Source: Thermoanaerobaculia bacterium (GTDB taxonomy: Bacteria; Acidobacteriota; Thermoanaerobaculia; UBA5066). From it: DNA of 64,000 nucleotides. The stretch is taken from assembly GCA_963821225.1 (NCBI GenBank), contig CAWGCY010000007.1, positions 158,429-222,428 on the forward strand, in the 5' to 3' direction. Position numbers and translations under genes: made by a program. Under the pieces are notes generated by a model. The model had not been told where the DNA came from, did no database searches, and saw only the letters and a list, made by a program, of their open reading frames with translations. Shown one piece after another: positions 10,783 through 21,037 of this stretch (position 1 is the first letter of the stretch; the number at the start of each line of letters is the position of its first letter).

Positions 10783-12147
10783 CTATCGTGCGATCTCCTG
10801 CGGAGCCTCTTTCGTCTTTTGCAGATGGCGTTCCGACGGGTCTTCGAGCACGAGTTTCATCGCGCCAAAACGGATCTCCACGTCGAACGAGGAAAGAAAC
10901 GACGCGCCCAGGATGCCATCCTCGATCCCGCTCGATTCTTCTTTCACGACGATGTCCTTGAACCGGACCATGTAAGCCGAGACGCCCACCGTCACGTTCG
11001 AGATCTTGGACCACGACACGCGCGACTGTCCGATCCCCTCGAGCGTCACCGGGTATGTCGCCTCCGGCTCGAGGAGGCGCGTCTTTCGCAGCCCGCCGCG
11101 CGTGATCATGGACGGCTCCGACCCCGTGTCGAGGAGGAACAGCGACCACGGCTGCCCGTCGAGCGAGGCACGCACCATGGGCTTCATCCGCCGGAAAAAG
11201 AGGTTTTGGTCCTTCGACCCGCGCACGACGCGCCGATCGAGGCGATGTGCGTGGAGGAGGCGGTCGGCGAACTCGATTCTCCAGTCGAGCTCCTTCATGA
11301 GATGGACGCCGAGAACTCCGTTCAGGTGGAGAATTCCGAGCGAAGCCGTCTCGAACGTGAGCGTGCCGTCCGGCAGGACGCCGACCGGGACGTCCGTCAG
11401 CGTGAGATCGCCGACGCGCAGGGAATCGACCCAGCCGAGCCGCATCGGGACGTCCCCTTCGTGCAGACCCTTCGCCACGGCCGTCGCGCCCGGGACGAAC
11501 GTCACGCCGAGGCGGGCCGCCGTGCCTTCCGTCAGCAGGGACAGGGATGCGCCCGAGTCGAGGACCATGTCCTCCGCGGGTCGCCCGTTCACGCGCACGG
11601 GGACACGCAGGAGATTGGGCCGCCCGAACTCGACAGGCAGCGAGAGACGTTCTCCCGCCGCCGCGCCCCCGTAGAGCACGCGGGCGGCCTGCGACTCCAG
11701 GAAGACGAGCCAGCCGTCCGGCACGCGTTTGCCTTCGTGCCGCGCCACGCGCCCCCAGCGGCCCGCGGAAAGGAAGTCTCCGTCCCAGTAAGCGGCCTGC
11801 GACAGGAGCCACGCGAGGTCCGCGCGGTCGGACCCGCGGCCCGTGCCCGAAAGAGCGTGCTCGAGCCGCGCCGCGGCGCCGTGAAAGTCGCCGCGCTCGA
11901 GTAGGACCTGGCCGGTCAGCCGGTCGAGGCGGACCGCCCCGAGCTTTTGGCCGTCCGGTCCGGCGAGGAACTCCGAGACCTCCGGGATGTAGCCGCGTTG
12001 GAGCTGCTCTTCGGCGTTGAAGGAGTTCACGAGCCCCATCGGAGTCGGCCTTGCGAGCCGATGAGGCAGGATCGTGATGTCCCGCGAGAACGTGCAGGCA
12101 AGGGCGCCGAACACCGCCACGGCGAGGGCTCCTCGGCGGAGTCTCAC
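10783..12147 (-). CDS. Secreted protein with two retropepsin-like aspartic protease domains (pseudo-dimer)
   Basis: The GTG at 12147 overlaps the upstream stop (GTGA). The signal-like N-terminus is VRLRRGALAVAVFGALAC. Two catalytic-type motifs, MVLDSGASLSLL and LFLLDTGSEPSMI, are each followed by an ILG...FL flap/dimer-like segment. Confidence 0.7.
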   Translation of the reverse strand: MRLRRGALAVAVFGALACTFSRDITILPHRLARPTPMGLVNSFNAEEQLQRGYIPEVSEFLAGPDGQKLGAVRLDRLTGQVLLERGDFHGAAARLEHALSGTGRGSDRADLAWLLSQAAYWDGDFLSAGRWGRVARHEGKRVPDGWLVFLESQAARVLYGGAAAGERLSLPVEFGRPNLLRVPVRVNGRPAEDMVLDSGASLSLLTEGTAARLGVTFVPGATAVAKGLHEGDVPMRLGWVDSLRVGDLTLTDVPVGVLPDGTLTFETASLGILHLNGVLGVHLMKELDWRIEFADRLLHAHRLDRRVVRGSKDQNLFFRRMKPMVRASLDGQPWSLFLLDTGSEPSMITRGGLRKTRLLEPEATYPVTLEGIGQSRVSWSKISNVTVGVSAYMVRFKDIVVKEESSGIEDGILGASFLSSFDVEIRFGAMKLVLEDPSERHLQKTKEAPQEIAR

Positions 12148-13925
12148 GAAAGCGACTTGACCCGCGCGATGAGCACCGTCTGGTCGTCGTACTGCGCGAC
12201 GCCGGTCGTGAAGTCGCTCACCGCGCTGAAGATGCGCCGAGAAAGCTCGGCGGGGGGCTGCGCGCGCCCCTCGATCGCCAATGCGGTGAGACGCTCCATG
12301 CCGAACTCCTCGTCCACGCCGTTCAGCGCTTCGGTGATTCCGTCGGAGTACAGGAGAAGCGTATCGCCGGGTGCGACCCGGATCACGGCCTGCGTGTGCG
12401 TGACGCCCGCCATCATTCCGACGGGCACTCCGCCGCTCGGCAGCAGCGCGACGCCCTCCGGCGAGATCCAGAGCCCGGGGTTGTGGCCGGCATTCACGTA
12501 CGTGAGCGTACCGGCCGCGGGATCGTAGACGGCGATGAACAAGGTGGCGAACTTGCGGGTCGAGGAGAAGCCCACGAGATGGCGGTTCACGCGCGCCACG
12601 AGAGCGGGCAGGTCGGAGGCGTGGTTCGGCACGAGAAGATGGAGGCAGGCGTGGACCGTGGATACCAGGAGCGCCGCGGGCACGCCCTTGCCCGACACGT
12701 CGGCGACGCAGAGCGCCGTGCGCCCGTCCGCGAGCGGATAGACGTCGAAGTAATCCCCACCGACCTGCTTCGTCGGCCGGTTCCCTCCGGCCACGAGGAG
12801 GCCCGGCACGTCCGGAAGCGTCTCGGGAAGAATCGTCTTCTGGATGGAGGCGGCGAGCTCGATCTCCCGCTCCATCTTCTCCTTCTCCACCGCCTCGCGG
12901 TGCAGGCGCGCGTTCTCGAGCGCGATCGCGGCCTGGTTCGCGAAGAGCGACGCCACGCGCTCGTCGGATTCGGTGAAGTCGTCGATCGAGCCGGCGCGAT
13001 TCTCCTTGTCGGCCACGACGAGGACGCCGAGCCAGCGGCCCTCGGCGAGGATCGGCACGGCGAGGAGCTTCTCGGCCGGGGCGTTCACGAGGAGGCCCAC
13101 TCGCTCGGCGATCGTGTTGCAGCGGAGCACCGTTGCGGGCAGCAGTCGTGCCGCCACGCCGTCGAGAAGCGGCTCGCCGAGATGGCGCTCGGTGACCGGG
13201 CCGTCCGACCCGCGGTCGCACACGATGAGCGTTCCCGTGCGCGCATTGAGGAGAGAGATCGACTTGTAGAGGATGTCCTCGGCCAGCGACTCGAAATCGA
13301 GGGTGCCGGCGATGGAGAGTCCGACATCGTACAGGCTCTGCAGCTCCCAGACCCGGTACTTCAGCTCGAAGTCCGCCTTCTGCACCTTGTCGGCCATCCG
13401 CACCGAATCGAGGAGTCGCGCGGCGTGCGCCGTCACGGAGGCGAAGCCGACCGGATCGCCGGGGGGCTTCTCCAGGACCAGGAGCGCCAGCGCCTCTTCC
13501 TGAACCGTGAGCGGAATCGCGATCGGAGCCTCGCCGCCGGCGCCTTCGGACGGGCCGAAGAGGGCCCGGGAGACCGGCTCGGAGAGAGGGTCCGTGACCC
13601 GGCCTGAGCCCGCCGCGCGCACGGCGAGGGCCTCGAGAACCTCGAGAGGAGGCTCGAGCCCGGCGCATGCGGATCGGGCGGGCTGCGCGGGATCCACGAG
13701 GACGCCGCGTCCCGCCTGCGCCGCCGTCAGAAGGGCCGTGAGGATTCCGAACGAGAGCTGTTCGCGATCGGAAAACGGATCGAGCGCCGCGAGCGTCTCG
13801 TGCGCGGTCAGGATCGCCGCGCGCGCGTGCACCGCAGGCGCAGAAAGCCCGGGAATCGCCGCGCTACTCGGTCTCGCCCCGGAGCCAGGCGAGAGCGGGC
13901 TCGGGAGCGGGGAAGATGCGCGCAT
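12144..13925 (-). CDS. GAF-domain PP2C (SpoIIE/RsbU-type) serine phosphatase
   Basis: PP2C motifs GGDYFDVY, DVSGKGVPAALL, YSDGITEA and DDQTVLIARV follow a GAF-like region. The start is uncertain: ATG 13925 overlaps the STAS gene by 62 nt, and an internal GTG near 13832 is possible. Confidence 0.8.
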   Translation of the reverse strand: MRASSPLPSPLSPGSGARPSSAAIPGLSAPAVHARAAILTAHETLAALDPFSDREQLSFGILTALLTAAQAGRGVLVDPAQPARSACAGLEPPLEVLEALAVRAAGSGRVTDPLSEPVSRALFGPSEGAGGEAPIAIPLTVQEEALALLVLEKPPGDPVGFASVTAHAARLLDSVRMADKVQKADFELKYRVWELQSLYDVGLSIAGTLDFESLAEDILYKSISLLNARTGTLIVCDRGSDGPVTERHLGEPLLDGVAARLLPATVLRCNTIAERVGLLVNAPAEKLLAVPILAEGRWLGVLVVADKENRAGSIDDFTESDERVASLFANQAAIALENARLHREAVEKEKMEREIELAASIQKTILPETLPDVPGLLVAGGNRPTKQVGGDYFDVYPLADGRTALCVADVSGKGVPAALLVSTVHACLHLLVPNHASDLPALVARVNRHLVGFSSTRKFATLFIAVYDPAAGTLTYVNAGHNPGLWISPEGVALLPSGGVPVGMMAGVTHTQAVIRVAPGDTLLLYSDGITEALNGVDEEFGMERLTALAIEGRAQPPAELSRRIFSAVSDFTTGVAQYDDQTVLIARVKSLS

Positions 13926-14226
13926 ATTGGGCCAGCCCCATGATCTGGAAGGTCTTCTCGATCGTGGGCGTCAGCCGGCAGAAGGCCAGCCTCCCCCCTT
14001 GATCGAGCAGCTTCTCCAGAATCTCGATGAGAATGGAGATGCCGATCGAATTGACGATCTTCGTCTTCTCGAGGTCGAGGAGCAGGCGATTCACGCCCGA
14101 CCCCAGGAGAGCGTAAGCCTCCTTTGCGATCTCCTCGCCGCCGGTGTTGTTGATGTAACCGTCCGTACGGAGAACGGCGACATTGACGTCCGGCCGGTCC
14201 ACGACGACTTTCAGGGTCTCGCTCAT
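13864..14226 (-). CDS. STAS-domain anti-sigma-factor antagonist (RsbV/SpoIIAA-like)
   Basis: 120 aa. The conserved phospho-serine context is LDLEKTKIVNSIGISILIE. Confidence 0.8.
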   Translation of the reverse strand: MSETLKVVVDRPDVNVAVLRTDGYINNTGGEEIAKEAYALLGSGVNRLLLDLEKTKIVNSIGISILIEILEKLLDQGGRLAFCRLTPTIEKTFQIMGLAQYARIFPAPEPALAWLRGETE

Positions 14227-14241
14227 TCGGTCCTTTATATC

Positions 14242-14679
14242 TTATCGATACTTGCGCATGACGATGCGGGTGCCGTGCTCGCCGCTCTCGATCCGGACGT
14301 CGTCCATCAGGCTTTCGATGATCTTGATGCCCCAGCCCCGCTTGCGGCTGGACCTCAGCGCGGCTGCGATTTCGGGGACCTTGAGCCGGGTCGGATCGAA
14401 CCCATGGCCCGCATCCGTGACGTCGACCTCGAGGTAGGCGCCCCGGCCACCCTCCTCGGCGCCTACGCGGAACGCGAGCTCGACTTTTCGGTCTGGCGTC
14501 GCGCTGTGCTCGAACGCGTTGATGCAGGCTTCGACGACGGCCATCTTGACCTCGTCGATCTTGTCGCGGCCCATCTCCATCCACTCGCCGAGCGCCGAAA
14601 CCTGCGCCGTGGCGGCGATCTCCATTTCCGGCGCAACCGGAATGGTCATGTGCACCTCGCGACGCTCGACCGACGACAT
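14242..14679 (-). CDS. RsbW/SpoIIAB-like serine protein kinase (HATPase_c anti-sigma factor type)
   Basis: N-box EACINAFEH, G1 DAGHGFD, G2 RGWGIKIIESL. Confidence 0.8.
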   Translation of the reverse strand: MSSVERREVHMTIPVAPEMEIAATAQVSALGEWMEMGRDKIDEVKMAVVEACINAFEHSATPDRKVELAFRVGAEEGGRGAYLEVDVTDAGHGFDPTRLKVPEIAAALRSSRKRGWGIKIIESLMDDVRIESGEHGTRIVMRKYR

Positions 14680-14708
14680 CTCTTTTTTGGCAATCCCCTC
14701 TCAAAGCC

Positions 14709-14981
14709 CTAGAACGTCAGGAGCCCGCGAACCGCTGTGAAGAGGAACGCAGGAATCTTACCCGACGCGGCGGCGAGGGCGAACGCAGCGGCTTCCGCGA
14801 GAAGGAGTGACAGAGTGAGACGCGAGGCGCGGACCGATGCGGGGAGCGAATCGGAAACAAGTGCCGAAAAATGAGTTGCCGAGAACGAAGACGGCCCGGG
14901 GCGAGAGGAGTACCCGGACGCGGACGACGCGCGCACCGACACGCGGGCCGTGTCTGCCTCGATTCCGCCGTCGCTGAACAT
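14709..14981 (-). CDS. Hypothetical 90-aa Ser-rich protein with C-terminal hydrophobic segment
   Basis: ATG 14981 is preceded by GGAGG (8-nt spacing) and by the sigma-54-like promoter. Third-position GC is high in the C-terminal part. No family is recognised. The longer ORF form (to 15143) runs into the AT-rich region and is unlikely. Confidence 0.35.
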   Translation of the reverse strand: MFSDGGIEADTARVSVRASSASGYSSRPGPSSFSATHFSALVSDSLPASVRASRLTLSLLLAEAAAFALAAASGKIPAFLFTAVRGLLTF

Positions 14982-15010
14982 CTCCGGTGCCTCCGCTTGG
15001 TTCCCCGTAT

Positions 15011-15026
15011 CGCAAGTGCCGGGCCA
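15011..15026 (-). promoter_or_regulatory. Sigma-54 (-24/-12) promoter candidate for the partner-switching operon
   Basis: The minus strand reads TGGCCCGGCACTTGCG against the consensus TGGCACG-N4-TTGCW. GG-N10-GC spacing is exact, with 12 of 13 defined positions matching by my alignment. The predicted start is near 15000, about 19 nt upstream of ATG 14981. Confidence 0.5.
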
Positions 15027-15124
15027 TGCGCGGCGATCCAAGCTCCGAGGCTTCAGAACTGCATCTAACATCTTGGAAAGAGTAGGTTTCTTAGAACATC
15101 GTAGGATCCGGCCTCGAGACCCAT

Positions 15125-15147
15125 AGATGTGCCATAATATCACATCT
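15125..15147. promoter_or_regulatory. Perfect 7-bp inverted repeat AGATGTG-N9-CACATCT (candidate activator/operator site)
   Basis: Seen directly in the sequence. It lies about 125-147 bp upstream of the predicted sigma-54 start and immediately upstream of the -35 of the candidate aceB promoter. It sits in the AT-rich island, and a further TCACAT copy occurs at 15169-15174. Confidence 0.4.
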
Positions 15148-15154
15148 TGGCCAC

Positions 15155-15183
15155 TTGCGCAGCATAAGTCACATTGTTATCAT
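15155..15183 (+). promoter_or_regulatory. Sigma-70-like promoter candidate for malate synthase/isocitrate lyase
   Basis: TTGCGC, 17 nt, TATCAT, about 120 nt upstream of ATG 15302. Confidence 0.35.
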
Positions 15184-15301
15184 TCCAAATCAATAACTTA
15201 GTATTATCGAGCCATTAGATTACAGTGTGTCATTTAGTCGTAACGACGGGAGGTCGGCGTAAAGGTCCCAACAGCGCCGCGAAAGTGGCGCCGCCCACGA
15301 G

Positions 15302-17251
15302 ATGAACGTCGCGAAACAATCCACGCTCGTTCAGATGGCGTTAGACTCCGCCGCGATTTGGCGAAAGATGAATTCCAAGCTCGACTACCGCGACGGCGTC
15401 CTCCAAGCGTACCCCGAGGTCTACACCCCGGCAGCGCTCCAGGCGCTGGAGGCCTTGGCACCTCTCAACCGAGACCGGCGCGAGCTCATGGCGAAGCGCA
15501 TGGCCCTTCGGCTCGCGCGAGCCCGCGGCCGACAGCCCATCGCATTCCTCGACCCCGAGGCGCTGATCCCACGCACGAGCATCCGCGTCCAAGACGCCCG
15601 TGAGGGCAAGTTCGAGGGCAGCGAGATCCCCGCAGACTTGAAGCGCCAGTGGATCCAGGGCACGGGGCCCGCCACGAGGCCGCGGTCGAGCACCGAGAGC
15701 GGCCTGCGCAACGTCGCCTACGCTCTGCTCTCGGGCGCCGACGGCTGGATGTTCGACGGCGAGGACGCACTCGGGCAGGTCGACACCATGTCTCTCGACA
15801 ACCAGCGCAACCTTCGCCTGGCGATCGACAAGGACCCGCTCTTCCTGCGCGTCGCCGAAGCCGTCGCGGTCGAGATGAACCAGTGGGCGCAGGGCTTCTT
15901 CGGGCGGTCCATCATCGCCGACTGGCGCCGGCAGCTCGACTTCACCACCAAGATGTTTCGTCCCCGCGGCCTTCACCTCGACGACCGCCACGTGCGGGAG
16001 AGGGGCGGCGCCGGCTTCTCCGCCTCGATCGTCGACCTCGTGCTCTACGTGGTCAACAACCACAAGAGCCTGATCGGCGCGGGAGCGTCGATCGTTCTTT
16101 ACCTGCCGAAGATCGAGACCGCCGAGGAGGCGGCTCTCTGGAACGACCTCTTCGCTGCGCTCGAGCAGCACCTCGGGTTGCCGGCGGGCACGATCAAGGC
16201 GTACGTTCTCATCGAGCGGGTCGAGGCGACCTTCCAGCTCATGGAGATCCGCGCCGCCCTCGGCCGCCACTTCATCGGCTTCGACACCGGGCGCTGGGAC
16301 TACATCAACAGCGTCGCCGACGCGATGGCGTGGGACCCCGGCTTCCTCAACCCCAACATCGACGCCATCGGAATGACCTACGGCTACATGCGCACCTACG
16401 AGGACCGCGTGCGCCGCGCCGCGAACACACCCGACCAGAACGGCCGCTGCACGCTCTGGGAGGGCGGGATGGAGGCAAACATCCCGGTCGGGTCGGAAGC
16501 GGGCGTCGCCGCGGGCATGCGCAAGGCGAAGGCCGGCGGCGAGCGCGAGCAGCGCGCGGGAGCCAGCGGCAAGTGGGTGGCGCACTGGAAGATGGTGCAC
16601 ATCGTCCGGCCGGTGTGGGAGGAGGCCGGCCAGGACAACCAGCTCGGGCGCGCGTCTCCGCCTCTCACCTACACGCAAGAGGACGTCGACGGACTCGTGC
16701 TGCTCGAGCCGGCGCCGCGCACCGTCCGCGGCGCCCGCGACCTGCTGAGCGTGGCCCTTCAGTACGGCAACGCGTTCGGCCGGGGATTCCAGGCCGCGGC
16801 GCTCAAGCCGGCGGACTTCTTCGGCGACGCCAACGTCCTCTACCTGATGGAGGACATGGCGACCGGCGAGATCCGTCTCAGCATCCTCTGGGAGTGGCTG
16901 CAGAAGGGCGCGAAGCTCACCGCCGACGACCCGGCGACCGGTGCCCGCGCCGGAGACGCCTTCGGCGCGCCGCTCTTCAAGAAACTCCTCGCGGAGGAAT
17001 ACGAGAAGCTCCTTCGCGCCTCCGACCGCGACGTCCACGACGACTCGAAGCCGACGACTCTCCCGATCGCGCGGGAGATCGTCGAGACCTACGTCACCCA
17101 TCCCGTCAAGCCGCCCTGGTACATCGACTTTCTGAACCTCAACCTCGACAACCACGACCTCGCCACCGCCAAGGCCCGTATCAAGGCTTACCTCGAGGCC
17201 TTCGAGCGGGACGGGACGCGGATCACGGAGAACCTGGACTTCGTCGCATGA
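15302..17251 (+). CDS. aceB: Malate synthase (atypical 649-aa form)
   Basis: Malate-synthase-type motifs are [38 protein letters not shown] and GMEANIP. The length is intermediate between the A and G isoforms. Confidence 0.8.
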   Translation: MNVAKQSTLVQMALDSAAIWRKMNSKLDYRDGVLQAYPEVYTPAALQALEALAPLNRDRRELMAKRMALRLARARGRQPIAFLDPEALIPRTSIRVQDAREGKFEGSEIPADLKRQWIQGTGPATRPRSSTESGLRNVAYALLSGADGWMFDGEDALGQVDTMSLDNQRNLRLAIDKDPLFLRVAEAVAVEMNQWAQGFFGRSIIADWRRQLDFTTKMFRPRGLHLDDRHVRERGGAGFSASIVDLVLYVVNNHKSLIGAGASIVLYLPKIETAEEAALWNDLFAALEQHLGLPAGTIKAYVLIERVEATFQLMEIRAALGRHFIGFDTGRWDYINSVADAMAWDPGFLNPNIDAIGMTYGYMRTYEDRVRRAANTPDQNGRCTLWEGGMEANIPVGSEAGVAAGMRKAKAGGEREQRAGASGKWVAHWKMVHIVRPVWEEAGQDNQLGRASPPLTYTQEDVDGLVLLEPAPRTVRGARDLLSVALQYGNAFGRGFQAAALKPADFFGDANVLYLMEDMATGEIRLSILWEWLQKGAKLTADDPATGARAGDAFGAPLFKKLLAEEYEKLLRASDRDVHDDSKPTTLPIAREIVETYVTHPVKPPWYIDFLNLNLDNHDLATAKARIKAYLEAFERDGTRITENLDFVA

Positions 17252-19533
17252 GCACGCAAACAGAAAGCCCCGTCATGACCTCGTTCGAGAGAGAAGTCGA
17301 CGCCACCCAGCGGTGGTTCGACAGCCCCCGCTTCGCGGGGATCACCCGCCTTTACACCGCGCGTCAGGTCGTCGAGCAGCGCGGCACGATCGCCCGCGAC
17401 TACACGGTCGCACGCGAAGCCGCCGTGGCGTTTTACGATCGCCTGCGCCAGCTCTTCGCGCAGAGAAAGTGCATCACCACGTTCGGCCCCTACTCGCCGG
17501 GGCAGGCCGTGACGATCAAGCGGATGGGGATCGAAGGGATTTACCTGGGCGGCTGGGCGGTCTCCGCCAGGGGAGGAACGAGCGAAGACCCCGGGCCCGA
17601 TCTCGCGAGCTACCCCCTCAACCAGGTACCCGACGAGGCCGCCACGTGGGTGCGCGCCCTCCTCACCGCCGACCGCAACCAGCAGTACCTGCGCTCGCGC
17701 ATGACCGAGGCGCAGCGCGCCGCGGCGCCGGCCTACGACTTTCGGCCGTTCATCATCGCCGACGCCGACACCGGCCACGGCGGCGACCCGCACGTTCGCA
17801 ACCTGATCCGCCGCTTCGTGGAGTCCGGCGTTCCGGGCTACCACATCGAGGACCAGCGCCCGGGCACCAAGAAGTGCGGCCACCAGGGCGGCAAGGTGCT
17901 GGTGGCGCAGGACGAGCAGAACAAGCGGCTGAACGCCGCGCGCTTCCAGCTCGACATCATGGGAGTCGCAGGCATCCTCGTCGCCCGCACCGACGCCGAG
18001 GCGGCCAGCCTGCTCGAAGGCCGTGCCGACGAGCGCGACCAGCCGTTCCTCCTCGGCGCGACCAACCTCGAAGTTCCGTCCTACAAGGCGTGCTACGTGG
18101 AGCTGATCCGGCACTTCTTCGAGCTGGGCGTCCGCGATCTCAACGGGCACCTGCTCTACGCCATCCCCGAGGGCGAGCACGCCTCCGCGTCCGCCTGGCT
18201 CGAGCGCAAGGGCCTTCTGCGCCAGGCCGCGGAGGCTGCGGCGGCCTACCGGGACGGGAGGGAGATCTCGCTCGACGCCACCTTCGACGGAGTCGCCTCC
18301 CGCTTGGTCGCGGCGTGGGAGGACGATGCCGGCCTCGAGACCTACGGCGAGGCGGTGGCCGAAGTGCTCGACTTCCGCGCCAGCGAGCGCGAACCGCTCG
18401 AGATGAGCCCCGACGAGTGGCGGCGGTTCGCCGCGGCGGCCTCGCTCTACGCCGCCCGTGAGAAGGCGCGCTCTCTCGGCGTCGACGTCGGCTGGGACTG
18501 CGAGCTGGCCAGGACTTCAGAGGGTTTCTACCAGGTCCGCGGGGGCATCCCCTACGCGGTCACGAAGTCGCTCGCCGCGGCGCCCTTCACCGACCTGCTG
18601 TGGATGGAGACGAAGACGGCCAACCTCTCCGACGCCCGCAAGTTCGCCGAGGCGATCCACGCCGTGTACCCGGACAAGATGCTCGCCTACAACCTCTCGC
18701 CGTCGTTCAGCTGGGACACCACCGGCATGAGCGACGAGGAAATGCGGCGCTTCCCCGAGGAGCTCGGCAAGCTGGGTTTCGTCTTCAACTTCATCACCTA
18801 TGGCGGCCACCAGATCGACGGTCTCGCCGCCGAGGAGCTGGCGACCGCCGTCAAGCAGGACGGCGCGCTGGCCCTCGCCCGCCTGCAGCGGAAGCTTCGC
18901 ATGGTCGAGTCGCCGTACCGCACGCCTCAGACCCTCGTCGGCGGGCCGCGCGCGGACGCAGCGCTGACCGCCACCTCGGGCCGCACCGCGACCACGATGG
19001 CGATGGGCAAGGGCTCGACCCAGCACCAGCATCTGGTCCAGACCGAGGTGCCGAAAAAGCTCCTCGAGGAATGGCTGGCGATGTGGACGCAGCACTACGG
19101 CCTCCCCGGCGGGCTCCGCGTCCGGCTCCTGCCTCACAGCGCCGGCTCGGAGCTGCTCGAGCTCGGCATCTACGGCGCCGGGGACGAGAAGCACGCCAAC
19201 GTCGTCTTCGCCCCCATCCACGACCGGCGCGGCCGCAGCATCCTCTCGGTGCGCGACCAGAACACTTACGCGGTGGCGCTCCGCAAGAAGCGTTTGATGG
19301 ACCTCGTGCACCTCTTCCTGATTCACCGCTTCCGGGTCGACTCCGTGCACTACGTCTCCCCCACCGAGGACAACCAGTATCAGGCCGCGAAGATGAAGGT
19401 CCACGGCGTCTTCGGCGAGGTCAACACGGAGGTCGGCCAGATCATCGTGGCCGACGTCAACCATCAGCGCATCGCCGAGCTCCTGGCGCCGGATCGCGTC
19501 GCGTTGTGGAGGCTGATCCGCAAGGAGCCGTAA
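17248..19533 (+). CDS. aceA: Isocitrate lyase, long form (761 aa, ICL2-like with C-terminal extension)
   Basis: The ATG overlaps the aceB stop (ATGA). The signature is [14 protein letters not shown] (K-[KR]-C-G-H-x). Also present: [20 protein letters not shown], and a roughly 250-aa C-terminal extra domain. Confidence 0.9.
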   Translation: MSTQTESPVMTSFEREVDATQRWFDSPRFAGITRLYTARQVVEQRGTIARDYTVAREAAVAFYDRLRQLFAQRKCITTFGPYSPGQAVTIKRMGIEGIYLGGWAVSARGGTSEDPGPDLASYPLNQVPDEAATWVRALLTADRNQQYLRSRMTEAQRAAAPAYDFRPFIIADADTGHGGDPHVRNLIRRFVESGVPGYHIEDQRPGTKKCGHQGGKVLVAQDEQNKRLNAARFQLDIMGVAGILVARTDAEAASLLEGRADERDQPFLLGATNLEVPSYKACYVELIRHFFELGVRDLNGHLLYAIPEGEHASASAWLERKGLLRQAAEAAAAYRDGREISLDATFDGVASRLVAAWEDDAGLETYGEAVAEVLDFRASEREPLEMSPDEWRRFAAAASLYAAREKARSLGVDVGWDCELARTSEGFYQVRGGIPYAVTKSLAAAPFTDLLWMETKTANLSDARKFAEAIHAVYPDKMLAYNLSPSFSWDTTGMSDEEMRRFPEELGKLGFVFNFITYGGHQIDGLAAEELATAVKQDGALALARLQRKLRMVESPYRTPQTLVGGPRADAALTATSGRTATTMAMGKGSTQHQHLVQTEVPKKLLEEWLAMWTQHYGLPGGLRVRLLPHSAGSELLELGIYGAGDEKHANVVFAPIHDRRGRSILSVRDQNTYAVALRKKRLMDLVHLFLIHRFRVDSVHYVSPTEDNQYQAAKMKVHGVFGEVNTEVGQIIVADVNHQRIAELLAPDRVALWRLIRKEP

Positions 19534-19536
19534 GCC

Positions 19537-21030
<1,494 letters not shown>

Positions 21031-21037
21031 CGACGGA

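Noticed and set aside
15117-15131. TGGCAC on the minus strand (TGGCACATCTATGGG) and TTGGCCACTTGCGC on the plus strand in the AT-rich island.
   Set aside because: GG-to-GC spacing is wrong, or the -12 GC is absent. The TGGCAC here is part of the AGATGTG inverted repeat.
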